DNA of 51,234 bases from Thermoplasmata archaeon (GTDB lineage: Archaea; Thermoplasmatota; Thermoplasmata; Lutacidiplasmatales; UBA184). Under the pieces are notes generated by a model. That model was not told the origin of the DNA. It searched no databases and saw only the letters and a list, made by a program, of their open reading frames with translations. Positions 35,743 to 45,040 of this stretch are shown here, in pieces. Position 1 is the stretch's first letter; each line of letters opens with the position of its first letter. The translations under genes were made by a program, and so were the position numbers. The stretch is from assembly GCA_021812305.1 (NCBI GenBank), contig JAKAOB010000001.1, positions 1 through 51,234 of the forward strand, read 5' to 3'.

Positions 35743-36942
35743 CTACAGGAACGCCTCGAACTCCCGGGTGACCTCGGGATACTTCGTGTGGACGGCCTTG
35801 AGGATGTTGTGGACCGTCAGCTTCTCGAGCTTCACGCCCTCGAGGGCGTCGACGACCTTGTCGAAGGTCTCGTCGGAGAGCGAGCAGAGCTTCTCCTTCG
35901 CGAGCCAGTTGCGGTAGAGCTTCTCCTCGAGGCGCGCGCGCCAGCCCTTCTCGTAGGCCTGGAGGAACTCCTTGGAGGCGTCGCCCGCGTGGACCGCCTT
36001 CGCGGCGACCTCGCCGCAGATCTTGCCGGCGATGCAGCCGTTGGCGATCCCCCCGCCCGTGAGCGGGTCGATCATCCGCGCCGCGTCGCCCACGAGCATG
36101 AAGCCGTCGGTGACCGTCTGCTTGATCGGGGCGCAGATCGAGACCCCGCCGCCGACCATGTCGATCTTCTTGCCCTTGGCGTACGCCGGGTGCTTCTCGA
36201 TCCAGGCGTCGAGGTACTTGCGGGCCTCGGCCGGGGTCTTGATCTGGCTCAGCTGCACGCCGATCCCGACGTTCGCGAGCCCGTCGCCCTTCGGGAAGAC
36301 CCAGACGTAGCCGCCGGGGGCGACCTTGCCGAGGTAGAAGTCGCAGTAGCGCACGTCGCAGTCGACGTTGGTCATGCGGTACTGCAGGCACGAGTCCATG
36401 TCGCGGAGCTGCAGGTTCGTCGGCAGCCCGGCCCAGCGTCCGACCTGGCTCTCGAAGCCGTCGGCCCCGATCGTGACCGCGGCCCGGATCGAGAACGGCT
36501 CGCCGAACGCCTTCGCCGTCACGCCCACGATCCGCCCGTTCTCGCGGAGGATACCGGTCGCCGCGGTCTTCAAGAGGACGTCGACCCCGGCGTTGCCGGC
36601 GTCGATCGCGAGCTGCTTGTCGAACCCGTCGCGCTCGACGACGTAGCCGACCTCGTTCCCCGCGTGCTTTTCGTTGATCTCGAGGACCTTCTCGCTCGGG
36701 GAGAAGATGCGGGCGCCCTCGACCTCCACGTTGATCCAGCGGGAGCTCGGGGCGACCCCGACCTCCGTGAGCCACTCCTTGCTCATCCCCTCGCCGCAGC
36801 GCACGGGGCTGCCGACCTCCTGGCGCTTTTCGATCATCACGACGCGGGCCCCGGACCTCGCGGCCCACTTCGCCGTCATGCTGCCGGCCGGGCCGGCCCC
36901 GATCACCAGGACGTCGGTCGTGAGGTCCTTCACCCTCGCCAT
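35743..36942 (-). CDS. Digeranylgeranylglycerophospholipid reductase (geranylgeranyl reductase)
   Basis: GAGPAG, PVRCGEG, IGADG.ES, APGGYVWVFPKG, VGDAA..IDPLTGGGI. Confidence 0.93.
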   Translation of the reverse strand: MARVKDLTTDVLVIGAGPAGSMTAKWAARSGARVVMIEKRQEVGSPVRCGEGMSKEWLTEVGVAPSSRWINVEVEGARIFSPSEKVLEINEKHAGNEVGYVVERDGFDKQLAIDAGNAGVDVLLKTAATGILRENGRIVGVTAKAFGEPFSIRAAVTIGADGFESQVGRWAGLPTNLQLRDMDSCLQYRMTNVDCDVRYCDFYLGKVAPGGYVWVFPKGDGLANVGIGVQLSQIKTPAEARKYLDAWIEKHPAYAKGKKIDMVGGGVSICAPIKQTVTDGFMLVGDAARMIDPLTGGGIANGCIAGKICGEVAAKAVHAGDASKEFLQAYEKGWRARLEEKLYRNWLAKEKLCSLSDETFDKVVDALEGVKLEKLTVHNILKAVHTKYPEVTREFEAFL

Positions 36943-36958
36943 TTCCCTCGCCTCCGGG

Positions 36959-37150
36959 TCAGTCGATCTCGATCGCGCCGACGGGGCAGGCCTTGACGCA
37001 GATCTCGCAGCGGGTGCAGATCCGCTCGTCGAAGGTGATGCGGGTCTCGTCCAGGTAGATGCAGTTGAGCGGGCAGACGCCGACGCACGCCCCGCAGTAG
37101 ATGCACAGCTGGCCGCTCGACTCGATGTGGAGGCTCTTCTTGCCGGCCAT
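36959..37150 (-). CDS. 2x[4Fe-4S] ferredoxin
   Basis: CIYCGACVGVCP and CTRCEICVKACP; TTTTATA at 37185-37191. Confidence 0.93.
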   Translation of the reverse strand: MAGKKSLHIESSGQLCIYCGACVGVCPLNCIYLDETRITFDERICTRCEICVKACPVGAIEID

Positions 37151-37232
37151 CCGCCGCCTCGGCGCGTCGCACGGAGAGGCGGGGTATAAAAGGCTTGTAG
37201 GAAACGGCGCTACAGCCGGCCGCGGAGGCCGG

Positions 37233-38207
37233 TCACGCCGGGCGGGGCGCCGGTGCCGGCGGAGCCCCGGCGCGCTCGGCCAGGTACTTCTCCGCATCGA
37301 GCGCGGCCATGCAGCCGAGGCCCGCGGCGCTGACCGCCTGGCGGTAGCGGTGATCGTAGACGTCCCCGGCGGCGAAGACGCCGTCGATGTTCGTCCGGGT
37401 GACCTCCCGGGTCACGAGGTAACCCTTCGCGTCCGTCTCGAGCTGGCCGCGGAACGGTCCGCTCGCCGGATCGTGGCCGATCGCCAGGAACAGCCCCTGG
37501 ACGGGGAGCTCCTCGACGACGCCCGTCGCGCGGTCCCGGACGCGGACGGCCGTCACCGCGCCCTCCCCCAGGACCTCGACGACCTCGTGGTGGAGCCGGA
37601 AGGAGATCTTCGGGTTCGCCCGCGCGCGGTCCTGCATGATGCGGCTCGCGCGCAGCTCGCTGCGGCGGTGGACGACGATGACGTGGCTCGCGAACTTCGT
37701 GAGGAACAGCGCCTCCTCCATCGCCGAGTCGCCGCCGCCGACGCAGACGACCTCCTTCCCGCGGAAGAAGAACCCGTCGCAGGTCGCGCACGCCGAGACC
37801 CCGTGGCCGCGCAACCGCTGCTCGGAGGGAAGGTCGAGCCAGCGGGCGTTCGCGCCGGTCGCGACGATGACGCTGTCGGCCTCGACCACGGCTCCGCTGC
37901 CGAGCGTGAGGAGGAACGGCCGGACCTTGAGGTCGACGCGGGCGACGTTCTCGTCGACGAACTCCGTCCCGAACCGGGCGGCCTGCTCGTGCATCCGCTC
38001 GATGAGCTCCGGGCCCTGGATCCCCTCGGGGAACCCGGGGAAGTTCTCGACGTCCGTCGTCAGCATCAGCTGCCCGCCCGCCGGAACCCCCGCGATCACC
38101 AGGGGGGCCAGGCTCGCGCGGGCCGTGTAGATGGCGGCGGTGAGGCCCGCGGGACCGCTGCCCACGATGGCGACCCGGACGTGGCGTCGGACCACCGGCT
38201 CGGACAT
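37233..38207 (-). CDS. trxB: Thioredoxin reductase
   Basis: GSGPAG, GGQL..T.DVENFPG, CATCDG, GGGDSAMEEA, HRR, FAAGD. Confidence 0.96.
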   Translation of the reverse strand: MSEPVVRRHVRVAIVGSGPAGLTAAIYTARASLAPLVIAGVPAGGQLMLTTDVENFPGFPEGIQGPELIERMHEQAARFGTEFVDENVARVDLKVRPFLLTLGSGAVVEADSVIVATGANARWLDLPSEQRLRGHGVSACATCDGFFFRGKEVVCVGGGDSAMEEALFLTKFASHVIVVHRRSELRASRIMQDRARANPKISFRLHHEVVEVLGEGAVTAVRVRDRATGVVEELPVQGLFLAIGHDPASGPFRGQLETDAKGYLVTREVTRTNIDGVFAAGDVYDHRYRQAVSAAGLGCMAALDAEKYLAERAGAPPAPAPRPA

Positions 38208-38246
38208 GACCCGTACCCGGTTCCGGCGCTAATAGGGGTGACGGGG

Positions 38247-38777
38247 CTAGGCCCGGGGGGCCGGCAGCGTCAGCCGGTCGGTCCCCGCCGGCTCGGCGTA
38301 CCGGCTGCGGTAGAAGACGAGCGGCGGTGCGTCCGCTCCCGGCTCCGCATGGCGGACCTCGCCGATGAACAGGACATGGTCGGCGATGGGGAACCGCTCG
38401 GTCACGCGGCATTCGAAGGCGGCCAGGCTCCCGTCCAGGAGGAACAGGCCCCCCGGGCCGCGGTGGCCTGCGACGCCGTCGAACTTCTCGGCCGCCGGGG
38501 CCGGCCGGGCGAACCGCTCCGACAACGACCGCTGCTCGGCGGCGAGGACGCTCACGGCGAAGACGCCGGTCCGCTCGACCACGGGCGTCGAGTCCGCCTC
38601 CCGCGACAGCGACACGAGCAGGAGCGGCGGGGCGAGGGCGACCGATAGGAGCGCGTTGACCGTGAGCCCCACGTCGCCCGCGGCGTCCCGAGCGGTCACG
38701 ACGGAGACGCCGGTCGCCCACCGTCCGAGCAGACGGCGGAAATCGTCCGGGGCGACGGCGGGTCCGGGATCGGTCAT
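38247..38777 (-). CDS. Flavin reductase-like protein
   Basis: FR..LG.WATGVSVVT, SV.L.PPL, DHVLFIGEV, PLVFY. Confidence 0.9.
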   Translation of the reverse strand: MTDPGPAVAPDDFRRLLGRWATGVSVVTARDAAGDVGLTVNALLSVALAPPLLLVSLSREADSTPVVERTGVFAVSVLAAEQRSLSERFARPAPAAEKFDGVAGHRGPGGLFLLDGSLAAFECRVTERFPIADHVLFIGEVRHAEPGADAPPLVFYRSRYAEPAGTDRLTLPAPRA

Positions 38778-38817
38778 GACGGTCCCGGGAAGGTCGCTGG
38801 GGCGGTTAACGCCGCCG

Positions 38818-39915
38818 CTAACGCTCGCGCCACTGGAACGCGACGATCGCGAGGACGAAGACGACGACCGACGCCGCCCCGATGACGGCGAGGTCGACCG
38901 CGGCGGCCGCCAGGTTGTGGAACAGCATGACCTGGTTGAGCCCGTCGATCACGTAGTAGAGCGGCAGGATCCGCGCGAACGTCTGGAGTCCCGGGGGGAA
39001 CAGCGAGACGGGAAAGAACGTGCCGGAGAGGAACATCATCGGGAAGGTGATGATGTTGCCGATGATCGCCGCGCTCTCCGGGGTGCGCGCGATCGAGCCC
39101 GCGAACATCCCGAGCGACACGAAGAAGAACGGGCCGAGGACGAGGAACGGAAGCATCTCGAGGCTCACGGTGACGTGGGCCCCGAAGTAGTAGACGCCCA
39201 TGCCGATCATCAGGGCGGCGCTCAGGATGGTAAGGAGGACGTACCAGATGATCTTCGAGGTGAGCCACTCCCCCTTGGTCAGCGGGGTCAGCGACAGCTG
39301 GCGGAACAGCCCTTCCTTCCGGTAGGTAGAGGAGATGTCGACCATCGCGAACATCGGGCTCGTGAGGATCGAGAAGCCGATGAGCCCGGGAACGAGGTAG
39401 TCGATCTCCTTGTAGAGCGGGCTCCCGACGTTCGCGGTCGTGGCGAAGAGGATCGTCGAGCCGTGGGAGGCGTTGAGGTTGAACTGGGTGAGGACGTAGT
39501 TGACGGCGGCGTACGCGATCCCCGACGAGGCCGCGTCGGTGGGATTGGTGTAGAGGGTCACGGCGAACGGGCGGTGCGCGAGGTACGCGGACCCCAGCCC
39601 GGACGGGATGACGAGGCCGACCGGATGGCCGTTCGCCCCGAGCCAGCTCGACATGTTCAGCGTCGGGCCGACCAGCTGGACCTGGACCGCCCCCGTCGCG
39701 TTGAGGGCGGAGAGGAACTGGGCCGAGACGTTCGACCCCGCGTCGAAGTTCTGGGTGTAGAGGGTGACCGTCGTCGCGCCACCGGCGGAGAAGATGAGGC
39801 CGAAGAGGCCGATGAGGATCACCGGGAAGATCAGGGAGAAGAACAGGCCGACCGCGTTGCGCAGGTAGTTGCGGCCGAAGACCTTGAGGTCCGCGACGAT
39901 CCGCCGCGGCCTCAT
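38818..39915 (-). CDS. ABC-2 type exporter permease
   Basis: LFFSLIFP, IDYLVPGLIG, FPMMFLSGTFFP. Confidence 0.9.
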   Translation of the reverse strand: MRPRRIVADLKVFGRNYLRNAVGLFFSLIFPVILIGLFGLIFSAGGATTVTLYTQNFDAGSNVSAQFLSALNATGAVQVQLVGPTLNMSSWLGANGHPVGLVIPSGLGSAYLAHRPFAVTLYTNPTDAASSGIAYAAVNYVLTQFNLNASHGSTILFATTANVGSPLYKEIDYLVPGLIGFSILTSPMFAMVDISSTYRKEGLFRQLSLTPLTKGEWLTSKIIWYVLLTILSAALMIGMGVYYFGAHVTVSLEMLPFLVLGPFFFVSLGMFAGSIARTPESAAIIGNIITFPMMFLSGTFFPVSLFPPGLQTFARILPLYYVIDGLNQVMLFHNLAAAAVDLAVIGAASVVVFVLAIVAFQWRER

Positions 39916-40844
39916 GGGGGCGCTCCCGGCTTGAGGACCCCGTCGTCCATCCGGCCCACGAGGTGCACGAAGACGTCCTCGAGGGTGTCGGTCACCGTCG
40001 CGAACCCTTCCCACGGCACCCCGCTCCCCTCCAGGGCGGAGAGGATGCGGAGCGCCTCGTGCTTGTTCGGGAGCGGAACCTCGACATAGCCGTCGACGAA
40101 GGTGGCGGTCACCCCGAGCGCCTCGCGGAGGTACGGGGCCATCCCCGGGCCGGCCTGGACCCGAAGCCGGGGCGGGCGGCCGTGCTGGGCGATGATCTCG
40201 TCCGGCGTCCCCCGCGCGATGATCCGGCCGTGGTCGATGATCGCGACCTGGTCGGCGAGGATCTGGGCCTCTTCCAGGTAGTGCGTCGTGAGGAAGACCG
40301 TCCGCCCCTCGGACCGGAGGTCCCGGATCACCTGCCAGATCGCCCGCCGAGCCTGCGGGTCGAGACCGGTGGTGGGCTCATCGAGGAAGCAGATCGTCGG
40401 ATCGTTCGTCAGCGCGAGGGCGAGCCCCAGCTTCTGCTTCTGGCCACCGGAGAGGGTCTCGAAGCGGGCGCCGGCCTTGTCCTCGAGCGCCACGCGGCGC
40501 AGCAGGCCCATCGCGTCGACGCGCGTGCCGAACAGCGCGGCGTAGTACTCGATCGCCTCCACGGGATGGATCTTCTCGAAGAAGCGGAACTCCTGCGGGA
40601 TCACCCCGACCTTCGCATGGAGCCGGCGCCCGTCGTCCCACGGGTCGAGGCCGAGGACGGTCACCTCCCCGGAGGAACGACGGCGCAGCCCCTCGAGGAT
40701 CTCGACGGTCGTCGTCTTCCCGGCCCCGTTCGGCCCGAGGAAGGCGAACACCTTCCCTTCCGGCACCGCGAAGTCGATCCCGGCGACGGCGGCGAGGCTC
40801 CCGTAGGTCTTGGTGAGCCCGCGGACGTGGACGGCGTCGGCCAC
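39912..40844 (-). CDS. ABC exporter ATP-binding protein
   Basis: GPNGAGKTT, LSGGQ, LDEPTTGLDP, TTHYLEEA. Confidence 0.95.
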   Translation of the reverse strand: MADAVHVRGLTKTYGSLAAVAGIDFAVPEGKVFAFLGPNGAGKTTTVEILEGLRRRSSGEVTVLGLDPWDDGRRLHAKVGVIPQEFRFFEKIHPVEAIEYYAALFGTRVDAMGLLRRVALEDKAGARFETLSGGQKQKLGLALALTNDPTICFLDEPTTGLDPQARRAIWQVIRDLRSEGRTVFLTTHYLEEAQILADQVAIIDHGRIIARGTPDEIIAQHGRPPRLRVQAGPGMAPYLREALGVTATFVDGYVEVPLPNKHEALRILSALEGSGVPWEGFATVTDTLEDVFVHLVGRMDDGVLKPGAPP

Positions 40845-40866
40845 GCGCCGAAGGAGCCCGGGCGAC

Positions 40867-43086
40867 TTAAGAGGGCTTTTGGGGCGGGGCGGGGGCGACG
40901 GTCGCGGTCCCCCCCGGCGGGACGATCACCTCACGACCCCCCGACCGCAGGGTCAGGGCCCGCGGGCCGCTCCAGACGACGGCCAGGCCCGACGGGGTCC
41001 AATCCAGGTCGACCCGGCCCCCGGCGAACCGGAGCGCCCGGAGGGCGGCGTGCCGCCACCCGGGCGGGAACGCCGGGTCGACCGTGAGAACCCCCTCGGG
41101 GGCCAGGGGGCGGATCCCCCACAGTCGCTCGAAGAGAACCGTCAGGAACGGCGCGATGCTGAAGCCGAGCAGGAAGCACGAATCGAACGCGGCCGGTCGG
41201 TCCCCCCGGTAGCACTCGTTGGCCAGCCCGCCCTCGTCCAGGATCCGGTCGGCGATGGTGCCGAGGTAGGCGAGGCCGCGGGCTCCGTCCCCGACGGCGA
41301 ACGCCGCTTCGGCGGCCCACGCGGTCGCGATCGTCCAGACCTGGCCGTCGTGGTACGCCTCGGGGTCGTAGCCCGTATCGGCGCTCGAGAGCGTCCGGAC
41401 CCCCCAGGGCGTCGTGACGTCCGCCCGCGCCGCGCGCTCCACGACCGCCCGCGCCTGCGCGGGAGGAAGGAGTCCGGCGGCGACCGCGCGCAGGGCATTG
41501 GGGCGGACCCGCGCGACCGGCCCCCCGGTGGAACGGAGGGAGTCGTAGAGGTAGCCCTCGGACTGCCACCAGTACGTGGCGGCCAGCCGGTCCGCGAGCA
41601 CGGCCGCCTCCCGTTCGGCCGCGTCGGCGACCTCCGCCGGCCCCGTGAGGCGGGCAAGGCGGGCCTGCGCGACGAGGGCCGAATGAAAGAGGGTCTGGAC
41701 ATCGACGGCATGGTCCCGCCGGTCGGTCGAATCCCAGATCGTGGTGTCGAGGGCATCGAACCCGTAGCGAGTCGTGCTGAGGGCCGCGGCGGCGTCCCGC
41801 AGCTCGAGCACCTCGCCGCCGTTGCGGAGGAGTCCGCTCTCGGGGGCGACCTTCGCCCGGGCCCAGGCGAGGGCGCGGGCCACGTGGTCGAGGAACGGCA
41901 CGGCGGCTCCGACGCGGCCGGTAACGTCGACCAGCCGTCGGAGAAGGTCCGGATAGTAGAGGGTCGTGTCGGACGTTCCGTACAGGAAGATCGGGCCGGG
42001 AGAGAGCTGCATCGGAAGTTCGCCGACCTCCGCCCCGAGGAGGGGCAGGTGCGCGCCCGCCTGGTAACGGAAGACGCACCGCAGCGACTCCTCGAACCAG
42101 GCGTCGTCCCCGAGCCACAGGACCGCCGGAAGCATCCAGGCAAGGTCACGGCACCACAGGGCCGCGTACCAGGGGAAGCCGGCGACCAGGCCCAGGAGGT
42201 CCCCGTCCGGGGCGGTGTAGAGCGCCCGCAGCGCGCTGCGGGCACGGACGTAGGCGGCCTCGAGCCGCGGGTCGTCGGGGAACCGCAGGGTCGGGGTTCC
42301 GGCAATCCAGAGGCGCCATTCCTGCTCCACGGCCGGCGCCCAGGCGGCCCGACGGTCGAGGGCCCGCCGGCCAAGATCGGGGTCCGTTTCGATCACCCGC
42401 TCGAGCCCCCCGGCCAGCACCCACGCGACGTCCACGGCCTGGCCCGGGGCGATCCGGAGCCGGTGGGAGGTCGTGATCGCGCCGATCTCCCCTTCCAGCT
42501 CCCTCCCGTCCCACGGAGCGCCGTTCACGGCCACCCCCTCGATCTTCGGGTCGGAGTCGAGCCGGAGGCCGAAGCCATGGGAGCGGATCTCGAGGGAGGG
42601 GTCCCGCCGCCGCAGCCCGTAGCGGTACGGCTTGATCCCCTCGACGAGCACCGGGGCCAGGTACGGCGCGAACTCCGACTCGACGACCACCTCGATCGGG
42701 GCGGTCCCTCGGGAGGCGAAGGTCAGGCGTCGTCCGACCGCCGGCGCCCCGGGAAGGATCGCGACCTCCTGCACCACGGTCAGCTCCGACATCTCGTGCC
42801 GGGTCTCGAGCCTCCCCCGCCGGGCCCCGAGCCGATCGAGCGTGGCGGCGAGCGTGAATACGTTGGACCCGAGCCCGACCCGAAGGTGCCACGGTCCGGT
42901 CAGGCGAACTCCCTGGCCGTAGACCCCGCCCCAGTCCAACATGCCCCCTCGCGTCTCCCGCAGGCAGACCGCCTCCCCGGCGCCGTCGAAGAGCGCCGCC
43001 GCCGCGAGCCCGCTCAGGAGGATCGGGCGGGAGGGGTCGGGCCGGTCCAGCGCGACGAGCAGGTCGGTGTCGATCGCCCCGCTCAC
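40867..43086 (-). CDS. Amylo-alpha-1,6-glucosidase / glycogen-debranching-like six-hairpin glycosidase
   Basis: AGFPWY..LWCRD, DTTL.Y, TIWDS, G.RTLS..D.GYDP..YHDGQVW, terminal catalytic-type E (NECY). Confidence 0.82.
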   Translation of the reverse strand: MSGAIDTDLLVALDRPDPSRPILLSGLAAAALFDGAGEAVCLRETRGGMLDWGGVYGQGVRLTGPWHLRVGLGSNVFTLAATLDRLGARRGRLETRHEMSELTVVQEVAILPGAPAVGRRLTFASRGTAPIEVVVESEFAPYLAPVLVEGIKPYRYGLRRRDPSLEIRSHGFGLRLDSDPKIEGVAVNGAPWDGRELEGEIGAITTSHRLRIAPGQAVDVAWVLAGGLERVIETDPDLGRRALDRRAAWAPAVEQEWRLWIAGTPTLRFPDDPRLEAAYVRARSALRALYTAPDGDLLGLVAGFPWYAALWCRDLAWMLPAVLWLGDDAWFEESLRCVFRYQAGAHLPLLGAEVGELPMQLSPGPIFLYGTSDTTLYYPDLLRRLVDVTGRVGAAVPFLDHVARALAWARAKVAPESGLLRNGGEVLELRDAAAALSTTRYGFDALDTTIWDSTDRRDHAVDVQTLFHSALVAQARLARLTGPAEVADAAEREAAVLADRLAATYWWQSEGYLYDSLRSTGGPVARVRPNALRAVAAGLLPPAQARAVVERAARADVTTPWGVRTLSSADTGYDPEAYHDGQVWTIATAWAAEAAFAVGDGARGLAYLGTIADRILDEGGLANECYRGDRPAAFDSCFLLGFSIAPFLTVLFERLWGIRPLAPEGVLTVDPAFPPGWRHAALRALRFAGGRVDLDWTPSGLAVVWSGPRALTLRSGGREVIVPPGGTATVAPAPPQKPS

Positions 43087-43559
43087 GCGGCCTCCTCCGA
43101 CAGCGAATCGCTGAACTCGAACCAGACGAGGGGCGGGATCGCGACGCTGCGCAGCTCCAGGCGGACGTGGTGCGGTCCCGCGGCCGGAGGCTCGAGCGCC
43201 AGGTGGACCGTCGTCCTCTGGCCGACGGGGATCGTGACCGGCGCGGCCCGGGAGATCTCCGCGCAGGAGCGCCGGCCCCCCGCTCCGGGAAGCGCAAGGG
43301 TGACCGAACCAGGGGGGACCGGCCGGCCGTCCCAGAGGACGCTCAGCCGCTCGAAAGCCCCCATGCGCAGCGGGGGATTGAGCAGGGTGAAGACGACCCC
43401 CTCCGCGGTGCGGGTCAGCGAGCGCGGCTCGTAGACCGACCGCTCGATGAGCTCGGCGATCCGGGTGAGACCCTCGAGCGAGCGGAAGCCGAACTCGCGC
43501 GCGAGGCTGGCGCCCTGGCGCAGCAGCGACAGGTCCGTCCGCAGATGGCCCGGCGGCAC
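43083..43559 (-). CDS. Hypothetical beta-sandwich protein coupled to the glycosidase
   Basis: GTGA overlap with the glycosidase start; VYEPRSL.RT.EGV.F.L.NP...WDG..VP...G.H.V.LEL. Confidence 0.68.
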   Translation of the reverse strand: MPPGHLRTDLSLLRQGASLAREFGFRSLEGLTRIAELIERSVYEPRSLTRTAEGVVFTLLNPPLRMGAFERLSVLWDGRPVPPGSVTLALPGAGGRRSCAEISRAAPVTIPVGQRTTVHLALEPPAAGPHHVRLELRSVAIPPLVWFEFSDSLSEEAA

Positions 43560-43644
43560 GCGGGACCCACGCCGTTCCCCCTCATCTTCGTCGCGGCGGC
43601 CCAACGATGGAACTATCCGTGGCGAGCGTGCTGGGGGCGAGAAC

Positions 43645-44859
43645 ATGAAGGCGGTGGTGCTGGGCGGCGGAGGGCTCACCGGTCGCTGCACGGTGCGGGA
43701 CCTCGCGCGGAACGGGCACTTCTCCGAGATCACCGTGGCGGACCTGGACGCCGAGCTCGCCCGGTCCGCGGCGTCGGCCGCCGGCGGCCGCGGCGTGCGC
43801 GCGGAGACGGTGGACGCCCGCGACCCGGCCTCCCTGGCCCGGGTCCTCGGGGGAGCGGACGTCTGCGTCAACGCCGTCCAGTACACCTTCAACCTGGAGG
43901 TGATGGGCGCCTGCCTGGAGGCCGGCGTCCCGTACCTTGACTTCGGCGGCCTCTTCCACATGACCCGTCGGCAGCTCGAATGGGACGGGAAGTTCCGCAA
44001 ACGGAAGCTCCTCGCGATACCGGGGCTCGGGCAGGTCCCGGGGGTCTCCAACGTCCTCGCGGCCCAGGCGACCGGCGACCTCGACCGCGTCGACTCGATC
44101 TCGATCCGGGATGGCTGGCGCGACTTCACGGAGGGGGGACCCGAGGTGCTGTTCACCTGGTCCCCCAGTACCTTCCTGGACGAGATGGAGAAGGCCGCCG
44201 CGGTCTTCGAGGACGGACAGTTCCGGGACTATCCCGCCATGAGCGGGGCGGAGGAGTTCGACTTCCCTGCGCCCGTCGGGCGCACCCGCGTCTACCGCAC
44301 CCTTCACTCGGAGCCGGCGACGCTCGTTCCCTTCCTCGCCGGAAAGGGGGTCCGCCACGTGGAGTGGAAGGAGGGCGGACCGGGCATCGATGTCCTCCGC
44401 ACGATGTCCCTGCTCGGCCTCGGCTCGTCCCGACCGGTGAAGGTCCGGGGCCAGGAGGTCGTTCCGCGCGAGTTCATCCTCGCCCTGCTCCGCCGCGAGG
44501 GGCTCCTGGGCATCCCCCCGGGGGTCACGGTGAACGACTGGGAGGTCTGCGACCTCGAGATCCACGGGGAGTCCAGCGGCCGCCCGGTCCACCGGCACGC
44601 CCAGGCGCGCTTCCCGCCCAAGCCCGAGTGGGGGCTCTCCGCGACCGAGTACGCGGTCGGGGTCTGCGGGGCGATCGGGGCGGAGATGATCGTCGATGGG
44701 ACGATCGCGGCGGTCGGGGTCGTCCCTCCCGAGGGATGCGTCCCGGCAGGGCCGTTCCGGGCGGCCCTGGCGGAGCGGGGCATCGAAACCACGATCCACC
44801 CTCCCGAGCCCCCCCTCCCCGCGGTCGACCCTCGCCCACGGAAGGGCGGAAAGATGTGA
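43645..44859 (+). CDS. Saccharopine dehydrogenase family oxidoreductase
   Basis: MKAVVLGGGGLTG, YLDFGG, GLG..PGVSNV, HSEPATL, GVVPPE. Confidence 0.88.
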   Translation: MKAVVLGGGGLTGRCTVRDLARNGHFSEITVADLDAELARSAASAAGGRGVRAETVDARDPASLARVLGGADVCVNAVQYTFNLEVMGACLEAGVPYLDFGGLFHMTRRQLEWDGKFRKRKLLAIPGLGQVPGVSNVLAAQATGDLDRVDSISIRDGWRDFTEGGPEVLFTWSPSTFLDEMEKAAAVFEDGQFRDYPAMSGAEEFDFPAPVGRTRVYRTLHSEPATLVPFLAGKGVRHVEWKEGGPGIDVLRTMSLLGLGSSRPVKVRGQEVVPREFILALLRREGLLGIPPGVTVNDWEVCDLEIHGESSGRPVHRHAQARFPPKPEWGLSATEYAVGVCGAIGAEMIVDGTIAAVGVVPPEGCVPAGPFRAALAERGIETTIHPPEPPLPAVDPRPRKGGKM

Positions 44860-44869
44860 ACGGATGGCA

Positions 44870-45001
44870 TGGAATACAAAACCCGCATTCCAAACTATTC
44901 AATACTACACTAAACACGCTCAAATCATATTGTAACATTCTTTGCAAAACTGCTGGCGTGTTGTATACCCGATGTTCTTCCCGTTCGCCATCTATATATA
45001 G
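44870..45001 (+). promoter_or_regulatory. AT-rich regulatory region ending in a palindromic TATA box
   Basis: Hand count 27/80 GC at 44871-44950; CTATATATAG at 44992-45001, 40 nt before ATG 45041. Confidence 0.6.
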
Positions 45002-45040
45002 GGTCCTCCGGCTCCCAGAACCGTTTCGGATGTGTTCTCT

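Noticed and set aside
37233..38207. NADPH-independent Thermoplasma-type thioredoxin reductase
   Set aside because: GGGDSA and HRR NADPH-binding motifs are intact, so it looks canonical
30453..40844. CPBP protease and ABC-2 exporter as a RiPP cluster for the Cys-rich peptide
   Set aside because: They are 17-27 kb away among housekeeping genes, and no modifying enzyme is present
44860..45030. Replication origin
   Set aside because: AT-rich, but no convincing repeated ORB motifs and no cdc6/orc1 gene in the window
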